Assembly: GCA_965203325.1 (NCBI GenBank)
Contig: OZ241875.1
Location: 3,552,001 to 3,616,000 of the forward strand
DNA: 64,000 nucleotides
Direction: 5' to 3'
Origin: a bacterium
Lineage (GTDB): Bacteria; UBA8248
Part shown: positions 18,971 through 28,230 of the stretch, in pieces
Numbering within the stretch: position 1 is the first letter of the stretch
Layout of the letters: the number at the start of each line of letters is the position of its first letter
Position numbers and translations under genes: made by a program
Notes under the pieces: model-generated
Databases searched by the model: none
What the model was told of the DNA's origin: nothing
Seen by the model: the letters and a program-made list of their open reading frames with translations, nothing else

Positions 18971-20495
18971 GGGTCTGTTGAAAAACCCTTGGTTTTGTGA
19001 TCGTATGGAGTTATCCCGACTCGCCCGAGATGGGAGTTCCCTTGATGATGGGCAGCAGGAGGCGCGAGCAGCTGGACTTGTTCGTGGCCGGTTCCATGGA
19101 GCAGTTGATTCCCGAAGATCACATATTGCGCCAGGTGAACCGCGTGCTGGATTTGAGCTGGCTTCGCGAGGAGGTGGCGGCGTGCTATTGCGCGGACAAC
19201 GGTCGACCGGGTCTGGACCCCGAGGTGGTGGTTCGGCTGATGCTGGCGGGCCTGCTGCTGGGCTACGCGCAGGACCGCCGCCTGCTTCGCGAGGCGCAGG
19301 CGCATCTGGCGATCCGGTGGTTCATCGGGTACGGGCTGCACGATGAGTTGCCGGATCATTCGAGCCTGACGCGTATCCGCCAGCGGTGGGGGGAGGAGCG
19401 GTTCAAGGAGATATTGCGCCGCACGGTTCAGTCTTGCGTGGAGGCGAAGGTGGCGAAGGGGGAAGTGGTGCACATGGACGCTTCGTTGATACGTGCGGAC
19501 GTGAGTTGGGCGAGTCTGGCGGAGCGCCACGCGGAGAAGGTGGTGCGGGAGAACGACTCGGCGGATGAGACGGAGAAGAAGGGCAAAGGCCGGGGCGGCG
19601 GGGGTTCGGGTCCGGTGAGCCGTACGGACCCGGACGCTCGCCTGGCGCGCAAGAGCGCTCGGGCGGGGTTCGAGCCGAGCTACAAGCACCACGCGGTGGT
19701 GGACGATGAGCGGGGCGTTGTCCTCGACGTTGCGGTGACGGAGGGGACGTTGAACGAGCGGGAGATGATGGAGCCGCAGTTGGATGCGGTTTGCGAGCTC
19801 ACGGGGCGCGCGCCCGGGGTGGTGACGGCGGATTCGGGCTATGCGTACTCGAAGGTGTACGGCGCATTGGAGCGTCGGGGGGTGGACGCGGTGATACCGG
19901 CGAAGAAGGAGCCTTCCCAGAGCCGGGTGCCGTTGCAGCTGTTCCGCTACGATGAGCGTCACAAGGTGGTGAAGTGTCCGGGGGGCAAGACGCTGCGCCC
20001 CCGGAAGGAGACGGAGCGGGGTCGCTACTATGTATCGAGGACGCGCGATTGCGCGGGCTGCGCGCTCAAGGCCGATTGTCTGTCGAAGTCCCGCACGAGC
20101 AGGACGGTGCTGGTTCCGCATGAGTATCCGGCGCTGTTACGCGCGCGCCGTCGCCACACGCGCCGTGGGGAGGAGGAGGGTCGGCTGTGGCGCCGGCACA
20201 TGGGTCGCTCGGAGGGCTACCACGGCGAGGCGAAGAGTTGGCACGGACTGGGGCGGGCGGTGCGCCGGGGCCTTGCGAACATGAGGATCCAGGCCTACCT
20301 GACGGCGACTGCGGTGAACCTCAAGCGGCTCGCCGCCGCTTTTGCGGCGAGTATATTCGCTCTGTGGAGGGCCTGCGCCGCCTTGAGACGCCGAGTGCGC
20401 GTTCCTCTCGGCCTCGCGCGCCGATTGGGCTTCCTATCCCAAGCCGCGTGAGCCGCCATTCAGCCCGCACCAAAACGGGGTTTTTCAACAGCCCC
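18971..20495 (+). mobile_element. IS1182-family insertion sequence, copy 3 (1525 bp)
   Basis: TIRs GGGTCTGTTGAAAAACCC / GGGGCTGTTGAAAAACCCC; 5-bp TSD CTCAA at 18966-18970 and 20496-20500. Confidence 0.92.
19045..20451 (+). CDS. IS1182-family DDE transposase
   Basis: Paralog of copies 1 and 2; intact DDE motifs. Confidence 0.92.
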   Translation: MMGSRRREQLDLFVAGSMEQLIPEDHILRQVNRVLDLSWLREEVAACYCADNGRPGLDPEVVVRLMLAGLLLGYAQDRRLLREAQAHLAIRWFIGYGLHDELPDHSSLTRIRQRWGEERFKEILRRTVQSCVEAKVAKGEVVHMDASLIRADVSWASLAERHAEKVVRENDSADETEKKGKGRGGGGSGPVSRTDPDARLARKSARAGFEPSYKHHAVVDDERGVVLDVAVTEGTLNEREMMEPQLDAVCELTGRAPGVVTADSGYAYSKVYGALERRGVDAVIPAKKEPSQSRVPLQLFRYDERHKVVKCPGGKTLRPRKETERGRYYVSRTRDCAGCALKADCLSKSRTSRTVLVPHEYPALLRARRRHTRRGEEEGRLWRRHMGRSEGYHGEAKSWHGLGRAVRRGLANMRIQAYLTATAVNLKRLAAAFAASIFALWRACAALRRRVRVPLGLARRLGFLSQAA

Positions 20496-20538
20496 CTCAA
20501 GGGGGGAGTGATTACGGACTGGCGCGGTGGTTCTGTGA

Positions 20539-20564
20539 GGACAGGCACGGAGGCCTGTCCCTAC
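20539..20564 (-). repeat. GTAG-family REP
   Basis: ggacaggcacggaggcctgtccctac (reverse complement GTAGGGACAGGCC...). Confidence 0.7.
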
Positions 20565-20622
20565 GGTAAACAATGCGATGATCGGGATGCCCTCCCCGAC
20601 GAGGGACTTCTCCAACACCCCC

Positions 20623-21375
20623 TCACATCTTCCCCATGACGAACTTGATCACCAGGCTCGTGGCGATGAGGAACAGGGCGACCCGGATGAGCCTGAAGAA
20701 AAGCGCCTGGTCGATGTGCTCGCGGACGCGGATGCCCGCCCAGTACCCGACATAGACGGGGATGATCGCCAACAGTGCGTTCGTGAAGCGCGGTTTCGTA
20801 TAAAAGCCCTGGAGCCAAAGGCTCAGAATGATGACGCACATGCCCGTCGAGTTGAACGCGTTCATCAGGAAGATGAACGGGTTTTTCGCCAGCCTGAGCA
20901 TGCTGAAGTAAATGATGTTGATGGCGCCGCTGATGGTCGTCGTCCCGTAGACGAAACCCAGCGTCGCTCCCATGAGGGCGCCCACGATTCTCTGAAAGCC
21001 CGCGCCCAGCTCCTTGAAGAAGCCCAGGCGGCTCTCCACGAGCAGGTAGATATAGGCCATGACCCCCATCATCAGGCGGATGAAGTCGGGGTCACCGAAC
21101 CCCAGGAACCACACGCCCACCGGCATGAACGCCATGGCGACCAGGAGATACAGCCATATCTCCCGGATAGAGCGCCACTCGGAGCGGAGGCGGTAGGTGT
21201 CGGTGAAGTTGGAGATGAGGAGCGGGAGCGCGAGCAGGGTGACGATTTCCTTCGGCGCGATGAAGAGCGCGAGAAGCGGGGCGGCCACCAGCGGCGTGCC
21301 GAAGCCGATGGAGCCCTTCACGAATCCCCCGAAAAAGAGGACGCAGACGACGATGGCGATTTCTATGTCGCTCAT
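20623..21375 (-). CDS. Sulfite exporter TauE/SafE family protein
   Basis: GGFVKGSIGFG.PLVAAPLL N-terminal motif; about 8 TM helices. Confidence 0.85.
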   Translation of the reverse strand: MSDIEIAIVVCVLFFGGFVKGSIGFGTPLVAAPLLALFIAPKEIVTLLALPLLISNFTDTYRLRSEWRSIREIWLYLLVAMAFMPVGVWFLGFGDPDFIRLMMGVMAYIYLLVESRLGFFKELGAGFQRIVGALMGATLGFVYGTTTISGAINIIYFSMLRLAKNPFIFLMNAFNSTGMCVIILSLWLQGFYTKPRFTNALLAIIPVYVGYWAGIRVREHIDQALFFRLIRVALFLIATSLVIKFVMGKM

Positions 21376-21532
21376 GTGAATCTCAAGGAAAAAGAGGGGA
21401 GTCTATCCCGATACGCGGCGCAAGGCGTGCCCGGCCGGGAACAGGTGAGCGTGTGGACGAACGCACGGATTCTTTCCGTCACGCGCCATGGCGGGTTTTC
21501 CCGGGTCGTTCTCCGTTCCTGTAAAACCCGCC

Positions 21533-22339
21533 TCACCCCGCGATGTCTTCGCCTCCGTCGACGCGGATCAGATCGCCCGTCATCCACTGCGTGCCGGAAG
21601 CGGCGAGCGTCGCGATGGCGTCGGCCACTTTCTGCGGCGTCGTCAGTTCCCCGTGCGGGTTGATTTTCTTCGTGCCCTCGATCATCTCGGCGTTTCCCGG
21701 GATCTTGCGGAGGGCGGGCGTGTCCGTGACGCCGGCCTGGATGCTGTTCGCCGTGATGCCCTTTGGCGCGAGTTCGACGGCGAGCTGGCGGATGTGGCTC
21801 TCGAGCGCGGCCTTGGCCGCCGACACGGCGCCGTAGGTCTTCCAGATGCGGTGTCCGCCCGCGCTCGTCATGGCGTAGATGCGGCCCCCGAAGCCCATGA
21901 GGCCGCGCCGCACGAGCGCCTGGCTCCAGTAGACGAGGCTGTTCGCCATGACGTCGAGCGTCATCTCGAGCTGCCTGGGGGTGATGGCGTCTTTCTCCTC
22001 ATCGGCGATGTAAGGCTTGAGCGTGCCGAAGGCCAGGCTGTGCAGGAGGATGCGCACCGCGCCCGCCGCGTTCCCGCCCAGGTGCTCCCCGATCTGGTCC
22101 AGAACGCTCTCGCGTTCCTCGTGGCCCGCCGCGTTCACGTTGAAATAGAGCGATTCCGCGCCGTTCGTCCTGATCTGCTCCCGGATGCGCTCGACGTTGG
22201 GCAGCGTGGCCTTTCTATCGAGGTGGACGCCCAGGATGTTCACGCCCAGGCTCGATAGCTTGAGGGCGTTCGCCTCTCCAAAGCCGCTGCTCGCTCCCAG
22301 AATGAGCGCCCAGCTTCCCGCCAGATCCGAGTTCGACAC
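21533..22339 (-). CDS. SDR enoyl-ACP reductase, FabL-like
   Basis: LGASSGFG, YGAVSAAK (Yx6K ENR motif), T.AL..IP, VDGG. Confidence 0.82.
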   Translation of the reverse strand: MSNSDLAGSWALILGASSGFGEANALKLSSLGVNILGVHLDRKATLPNVERIREQIRTNGAESLYFNVNAAGHEERESVLDQIGEHLGGNAAGAVRILLHSLAFGTLKPYIADEEKDAITPRQLEMTLDVMANSLVYWSQALVRRGLMGFGGRIYAMTSAGGHRIWKTYGAVSAAKAALESHIRQLAVELAPKGITANSIQAGVTDTPALRKIPGNAEMIEGTKKINPHGELTTPQKVADAIATLAASGTQWMTGDLIRVDGGEDIAG

Positions 22340-22460
22340 GTCTTTCTTCTCCTATTCAGGCTGCGGTTCGTCGCGTTTTCATTGTTTATAGCACATCCGG
22401 GAGGGATTGGGGGTCAGCACCGAGTGAGGAGGGAGGGCTGCTTGACTTGAAAGGGGCCGT

Positions 22461-22706
22461 TCACGAACGGCCCCCGCAAGACCCCTGCAAAACGAGGGGT
22501 AGCGGGCGGAACAGTTCGCCCGCCTCGTCGTCGCGCCCCAAGGTGAACAGGGCCCCCGCGCGGTCGAGCCGGACCCGGAGGTTGTCCGGGCGCTCCCCGG
22601 CGAGCCGCGCCAGCATCTGTTCCGCCTGCGCGAAGCGCCCGCCCCACTGCCGACGGGGCGCGCCGTGTGAACGACCCGCCGGCGCGCGCGGCTTTCCGCA
22701 TTGCAT
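22461..22706 (-). pseudogene. TPR fragment resembling the N-terminus of a surface lipoprotein assembly modifier (Slam)-like protein
   Basis: RFAQAEQMLARLAGERPDNLRVRLDRAGALFTLGRDDEAGELF; no beta-barrel follows. Confidence 0.5.
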
Positions 22707-23085
22707 GGCTTCCCGCTGCTTCCTATACTGCCGCCCGGTCGTCGCGCGGCGGTTCGGGGCCTGTCTCCGCAAGTGCGCGGCGGGCGCTGTCATTCAAGCG
22801 CCGCTCGGGCTAAACGCCGGTTGCACAACGGCTTTCATCGCCCAACGGGTTGAGCGGCCAGGAAGCGCGATTGGGACGCCATTCTGCGCGTTGGTTTCAC
22901 AGCCGACGCATCGATTCATTTCATTTGCTCGATGCCTGCCCGCAATCCACGACGTGAAGCATTCTGCGAGAAACGATACGAGTTCCGTGACGATTCCGAA
23001 CCGGCTCAGAAGGGTCTGTAATCAAGCCGCAAGCGGATTCATTCAAACCTCCGCGCGCCCGGGGGGGCCGTGTCGGTGCAAGCTA

Positions 23086-25368
23086 CTATGTATCGCCGGG
23101 TTTGGGCATCGTGTAGCCGACGCCGCGCACGTTGTGGATGTAGGAGGGCTGTGCGGGGTCGTCGCCGAGCTTCCGGCGCAGCTTCTTCACGAAGTTGCGC
23201 ACCGCCTGTACGCTCGCGTCCTCGCGCCTTGACCACACCCGGCGCAGCAGCGCGTCGTGGGTCACCACCCGCCCGGCGTTCACCGAGAGCGCGCGCAGCA
23301 GTTCGTACTCGGTGGCGGTGAGCTCCACGGGGCGGCCGCCGACGCTCACGAGCCGCCGCTCGTAGTCGATGGCGAGATCGCCGAGCGCGAAGGGCTCGGC
23401 CCCCTCGCGGCTTCTGAGCGCGGCTCCGACCCGCGCGGTGAGCTCCGCGGCGGAAAACGGCTTGACGACGTAGTCGGCCGCACCCGCCTCGAGCGCGCGC
23501 ACGACGGTCTCCTCTCTCCCGTAGCCCGAGATGAAGATGACCGGCAGGTCGGAGAACTCGGGCGTCTCGCGCATGAGATCGACCCCGTCGCGGCCGGGCA
23601 GCATCAGGTCGAGGAGCACGAGGTGCGGCTTTATCGTCCGGACGAGGCGCGCCGCCTCCTCCGGCTCGCCCGTCACGTGCACCGTGTAGCCGGCGCCTGT
23701 GAGCGCCTCGCGGACGTGGCGCAGCGTCTCGGGGTCGTCGTCCACCACCAGGACGGAAGCGGGTTCGCGCGCTCCGCCGTCCGCGCGCGGCCGGCCCGCT
23801 GCCGCCTCCTCCGCCGCCGGGAGGGTGAAGGTGAAGCGCGCGCCCATGCCCGGCCCCGCGCTCTCGGCCCGGATGCGGCCCCCGTGCGCCTCTACCAGCC
23901 CCCGGCAGATGACGAGCCCCAGGCCGAACCCCGCTGCATCGGGATCGCCTGCCTCGGCGTAGCGCCGGAACAGGTGGGGCAGGCGCTCGGGCGCGAAGCC
24001 CCGGCCCTCGTCGGCAACCCACAGCGCCACGCCCGCGTCCTCGCGCGCGGCGCCCACCTCGATGGGCGAGGACTCGGGAGAATGCCGCGCCGCGTTGGCG
24101 ATGAGGTTGTTCAGCACCTGCACGATCCGCCGCTCGTCCGCCATCACGCGCGGGAGGTCGGGCGCCAGGTCGACGCGCAGCGTCCGGCGGCCACCGCCGG
24201 CAAGGAACGTCGTCCGCGCCTGCTCGATCAGCGCCGCCGCCTCCACGGCTCCCGTGTCGACAGAGAGCGCGCCCGCGTGGATGTGCCCCGCATCCAGCAG
24301 GTCGCCGATCAGGTCCTGCATCTGGTCGGCCCCCCCGTCGATGAGCCGGACGAACTGGCGCGTCTCGGCGCGGTCGAGCGGGCGCGAAGCGTTCAGAAGC
24401 GCCGCCGCCGAGCCCTTGATCGAAGCCAGCGGCGCGCGAAGCTCGTGGCTCACCATGCCCAGGAACTCGATACGCAGGCGCTCGAGCTCCTCGAGCGGCG
24501 CCAGGTCCTGGAACGTCACCACCACCGATTCGACCTCGTCCTCAGTGCGGATCGGCGTCGTATTCACCAGCGCCCGGACACTGCGCTCCCCGGGGCCCGA
24601 GAGCTCGACCTCCGCACCTCGCAGCCTCTCGGCGTCCTTCAGATCCGCGAGCGTGACCTCGCGGCCGTCCGCGAGCCGCGCGGTGACCTCCCCGAGCACG
24701 TCCGCCCCGCTGCTCCCCGGCAGGCCCAGCGCCTCCACCATGCGGCGGGCTTCCAGGTTCAGGGCCGCGGGCTCCGACGTCCGCGCGTCGAACACCGCCA
24801 CCCCCACCGGCGAGGTCTCCACCAGGGCTTCGAGGCCCGCCCGCGCGCGGCGCTCCTCGCGGTGCGCGCGGGCGTTCGCGATCGCCCCCGCCGCCTGGGA
24901 GGCGAAGAGCACCAGCAACTCCTCGTCCCCGTCCGTGAAGCCCCCACCCCCCTCCTTGTCCCCCACGAAGAAGTTCCCCATGTGCGCGCCACGGTGGCGC
25001 ATCGGCGTGCCCTGGAAGGTCCGGCAAAGGCCCAACTCGGGCGATAGCCCCAGCGAGCGGACGTGAGCGGGAAAATCCTCCACCCGCAGCGGCGCCTCCT
25101 GGTCGCGCAGGTACTCGAACAGCACGAGCCCGTCGGGCAGGCAGTTCGTCAAACGCTGCACGTCTTCCGTGCTCAGCCCTGAGGTGACGAACTCCCTGGG
25201 CCCGCCCGACTCGTCCACCGTGGTGATTATCCCCAGGCGCGCCCCGGTGAGCGCGCGGGCGCCCTCGACCACCTCGGTGAGCACGGTCTCGGGCTCCAGG
25301 CTCGCGGTGATCCGCCCGAGCGCCGCGCACAGACGCGAGATGCGTCCCGCCTCTTCGCTTCCGTCCAT
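23086..25368 (-). CDS. Soluble hybrid sensor kinase-response regulator: GAF-PAS-HisKA-HATPase-REC-OmpR winged helix
   Basis: H-box VSHELRAPL, N-box QVLNNLIANA, DEGRG, GFGLGL, REC VVDDD/LLDLMLP/KPF, wHTH LTATEYELL..LRRKLGDD..YIHNVRGVGY; no TM segment. Confidence 0.9.
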   Translation of the reverse strand: MDGSEEAGRISRLCAALGRITASLEPETVLTEVVEGARALTGARLGIITTVDESGGPREFVTSGLSTEDVQRLTNCLPDGLVLFEYLRDQEAPLRVEDFPAHVRSLGLSPELGLCRTFQGTPMRHRGAHMGNFFVGDKEGGGGFTDGDEELLVLFASQAAGAIANARAHREERRARAGLEALVETSPVGVAVFDARTSEPAALNLEARRMVEALGLPGSSGADVLGEVTARLADGREVTLADLKDAERLRGAEVELSGPGERSVRALVNTTPIRTEDEVESVVVTFQDLAPLEELERLRIEFLGMVSHELRAPLASIKGSAAALLNASRPLDRAETRQFVRLIDGGADQMQDLIGDLLDAGHIHAGALSVDTGAVEAAALIEQARTTFLAGGGRRTLRVDLAPDLPRVMADERRIVQVLNNLIANAARHSPESSPIEVGAAREDAGVALWVADEGRGFAPERLPHLFRRYAEAGDPDAAGFGLGLVICRGLVEAHGGRIRAESAGPGMGARFTFTLPAAEEAAAGRPRADGGAREPASVLVVDDDPETLRHVREALTGAGYTVHVTGEPEEAARLVRTIKPHLVLLDLMLPGRDGVDLMRETPEFSDLPVIFISGYGREETVVRALEAGAADYVVKPFSAAELTARVGAALRSREGAEPFALGDLAIDYERRLVSVGGRPVELTATEYELLRALSVNAGRVVTHDALLRRVWSRREDASVQAVRNFVKKLRRKLGDDPAQPSYIHNVRGVGYTMPKPGDT

Positions 25369-25707
25369 CGTTCCCCTCCAAGGCAGAAAACAGAAAAATA
25401 CACGTTAACGGCATAAAAGTAAAGATAACGGATACGTTCATGATATGCGGCTCTGGTATGATGAAACAACCGTTCCACCAGAGGGCAGGACCCGGAAAAT
25501 GAGACATCGCGTGGAGAAGTTGGCGGGGCTTGCGACCGGTGGCGCGATCAGGCATTCAGGCGTCGGGCGCCATGGCAGGGAGTTTGCGCTGGAATCGTGT
25601 CCATCCGTCTACGTAGACGGCTACGAGCAAAAGGCCCGCCCTCACGATCGGGAATTGGCGGACCTCTACATCCGGCATACCACTATGGTTCAGATGGGGG
25701 GATTGAC

Positions 25708-26712
25708 GTGAAAAACATTCCTGTGCTGCTCGTGATGATGCTTGCGCTTACCGCCTGCATGGGAAGCGGCGGCGGCAGCAGCCCGCCGGCCGAAGACCGT
25801 ATTCAGCTTGAGAGGAATACCGAGTTCGACGGCGAAAGCTTAAGGTTTTTCATCAGTCTGGACGATGGAACCGAGGAATCCGTCAACACGACCGACGATG
25901 TTTACGCCTCAGGGCCCGGGGCAACGCCCATACCCGGCCACCAGGCGAGGACCTGGACGTTCCTCAAGATCACGGATGACGCCACGTCGGTAGCCCACGC
26001 CCTGGTGAGCTGGGACCCGGACGACCCGTCGGACTACCTCATGGCCGGCTGGTGGGCGCGGTTCCCCGACCAGGAGCCGCCGCTTTCGTTCAAGGATTTT
26101 ATGCCGTTCGGGATTATCGACGGTCCGGAACTCGACCATGGCGTCGTGCCGCAGTTGCCGATCGACGGAACGGCCTCATACGCGGGTCCGGCCGGGGGGC
26201 TCTATGCATACGTGTTCGGTAGCGACTGGGGAGAGAATGAGGGCGAATTCGTGATCGAGGAATACCAGGGGGCGGTCACCTTGGCCGTTGACTTCGCGGA
26301 CGGCACCCTGAAGGGCTGCATCGGGTGCGTGGGCGATCTCGTTACGCAGCGCGGGCATTTCGGCGTTTTCCTCGGCCAGGAGGTGAGCGACGTGCAGGGG
26401 ATCGTCAAGGACTACGAACTCCACCTCGCCACGGCGATTATCAGGGAAGACGGCATGTTCGATCGAGACAGGGTGACGTTGAAACACCCGGAGCGGACCG
26501 TCACGCTAGCGGAGGGGTTCTGGGGCGGGGCCCTTTCCAGCCGTCAGGACACGGACGGGAACCCTCGGCTGGTGATGGGCTTCAGCGGCGTCGTTTTCGA
26601 GGAGAGCGACGGCAGCAGAGGCGAGTTCGTCGGGTCTTTCCTGGCGCTGAGCGAGCGGTTCAGGGAGAGCGGGGTGTCCCGTTTCCCTCCCCCTCCTGAA
26701 AATGGCAACTGA
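25708..26712 (+). CDS. Surface lipoprotein with a TbpB/transferrin-binding-like beta-barrel
   Basis: Lipobox LTAC plus Gly/Ser linker; LP.DGTASYAG..GG.Y and VTLAVDFADGTLKG barrel-type motifs. Confidence 0.65.
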   Translation: MKNIPVLLVMMLALTACMGSGGGSSPPAEDRIQLERNTEFDGESLRFFISLDDGTEESVNTTDDVYASGPGATPIPGHQARTWTFLKITDDATSVAHALVSWDPDDPSDYLMAGWWARFPDQEPPLSFKDFMPFGIIDGPELDHGVVPQLPIDGTASYAGPAGGLYAYVFGSDWGENEGEFVIEEYQGAVTLAVDFADGTLKGCIGCVGDLVTQRGHFGVFLGQEVSDVQGIVKDYELHLATAIIREDGMFDRDRVTLKHPERTVTLAEGFWGGALSSRQDTDGNPRLVMGFSGVVFEESDGSRGEFVGSFLALSERFRESGVSRFPPPPENGN

Positions 26713-26867
26713 TCGATAGACGTGCTTTTTCAGCAAAGCGCGCGCGCAGGCGTTGGAGCGCGCATTTCGGCTTCTCACTCGCGCCGGACACGAACATCGC
26801 CGCTGTGTCGGACTCGGAGATCATCCAAAGCGGCAGGTGAACGAAGAAGTCGCGGGGAGGCAAGAGA

Positions 26868-28181
26868 TTGGGAAAGGGTGTTTGGGGAGTCGCGGCGTTG
26901 TTTGCCGTGTACGCCGCGCTGTACTGGCATCATGTGATCGCTGTGGCTATGCCGCTGCAGGCGCAGTTTTCCTATTTCGCCGGTTCATGTTCGGTGATAT
27001 GTATGGCGCTGGGCATGGTGTTCTCGGCGCGACCGCGCGCTATGGAGACGGCGTTCGGCGGTTTGGACCGGATGTACAGGCTGCACAAGCATCTCGGCGT
27101 CGCCGCCCTGTTGCTGTTCATAGCGCACTACGCGACCGTGCCGGGTGGACCGGAGGGAGACGCCGCGACACTCGGCGCGATCACCGCTCAAGGAGGCGCG
27201 CCCGCGCCAGTGGAGACCGCCGACCGGGAGGAAGGCCTGCCCATCGACCTCTTCGGCCTGGTCGCGATGATCGGCTTCACGCTGCTGATCATCATCACGC
27301 TGAACCGCAAGATTCCGTATCACATCTGGCTCAGGACCCATCGGTTCATGGGGCTGTTCTTCATCGTGGTCGGCATCCACGTCTTTCTGGTGCTCCTGGA
27401 CGGCGAGGAGGTCGCATTCCGCTCGGCTCCGGGCGTCTTCCTGTCGCTGCTCCTGCTCGCCGGACTGGTAGCCTATGCGTACAAGTTGCTCGTGCATCCG
27501 AAGAGGGCGAAACGCCCCTTCACCCTGACCGGGGTCAACAGGCTCGAGCGCGCGACCGAAGTGGTGCTGGAGCCAAAAGACGGAATGTTTCCCTTCGAGC
27601 CGGGGCAGTTCGCCTTCATCACCATCGACGCCGAAGGCTTCCGGGAAACGCATCCCTTCACCATCTCCTCGGGGGCGAGAGAGAAGAGGCTTCGCTTCAC
27701 GATGAAGGTGCTCGGCGACTACACCCGCCGGGTGCGCGACACGCTGGCCGCGGGCGCCGACGTCGACGTCGAGGGGCCCTACGGACGGTTCCATCCTCTG
27801 AAGGGTCCTGAAAAACAGGTGTGGGTCGCGGGGGGAATCGGGATCACACCGTTCCTCTCAGCACTGCGCACGATGGCGCCGGGACACGGCAAGACCGTCC
27901 GGCTCTATTACTGCGTGCGCACGGCGAGGGAGGCGCTGTTCTTCAGCGAACTGGAGGCGCGCGCGGACGAGGCGGGCGACGTGAGGATCACGCGGTTCGA
28001 CTCGGGCGCCGGTGCGCGGCTAGACGCGGACATAATCGAGGACGACCTTGATGGTGAATTGAGTGAGTGGAGCTATTATTTCTGCGGCCCGAAGTCGATG
28101 ATCTATTCCCTTTCCGGCGCCTTGACCAAACGGGGCGTGCCCGCGCGAAGCATCCATACCGAAGAATTCGAGTTGCGGTGA
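26868..28181 (+). CDS. Ferric reductase-like transmembrane oxidoreductase (heme-TM plus FAD/NAD domains)
   Basis: GGLDRMYRLHKHLG, WLRTHRF..H, F.PGQF, HPFTISS, EGPYG, AGGIGITPF, FCGP, EEF. Confidence 0.9.
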   Translation: MGKGVWGVAALFAVYAALYWHHVIAVAMPLQAQFSYFAGSCSVICMALGMVFSARPRAMETAFGGLDRMYRLHKHLGVAALLLFIAHYATVPGGPEGDAATLGAITAQGGAPAPVETADREEGLPIDLFGLVAMIGFTLLIIITLNRKIPYHIWLRTHRFMGLFFIVVGIHVFLVLLDGEEVAFRSAPGVFLSLLLLAGLVAYAYKLLVHPKRAKRPFTLTGVNRLERATEVVLEPKDGMFPFEPGQFAFITIDAEGFRETHPFTISSGAREKRLRFTMKVLGDYTRRVRDTLAAGADVDVEGPYGRFHPLKGPEKQVWVAGGIGITPFLSALRTMAPGHGKTVRLYYCVRTAREALFFSELEARADEAGDVRITRFDSGAGARLDADIIEDDLDGELSEWSYYFCGPKSMIYSLSGALTKRGVPARSIHTEEFELR

Positions 28182-28230
28182 TTGCACGTCATGGCACGGT
28201 GTCAATGAGCAAGACCCGCCCAGGCCTTAT

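Noticed and set aside
15699..20121. Long antisense ORFs over the transposases (523, 383 and 384 aa)
   Set aside because: Shadow frames caused by GC-rich codon bias; they are conserved only because the IS copies are near-identical
17272..20495. Single composite transposon made of copies 2 and 3
   Set aside because: Outer flanks are inverted (TTGAG/CTCAA) rather than direct, and each copy has its own TSD, indicating separate insertions
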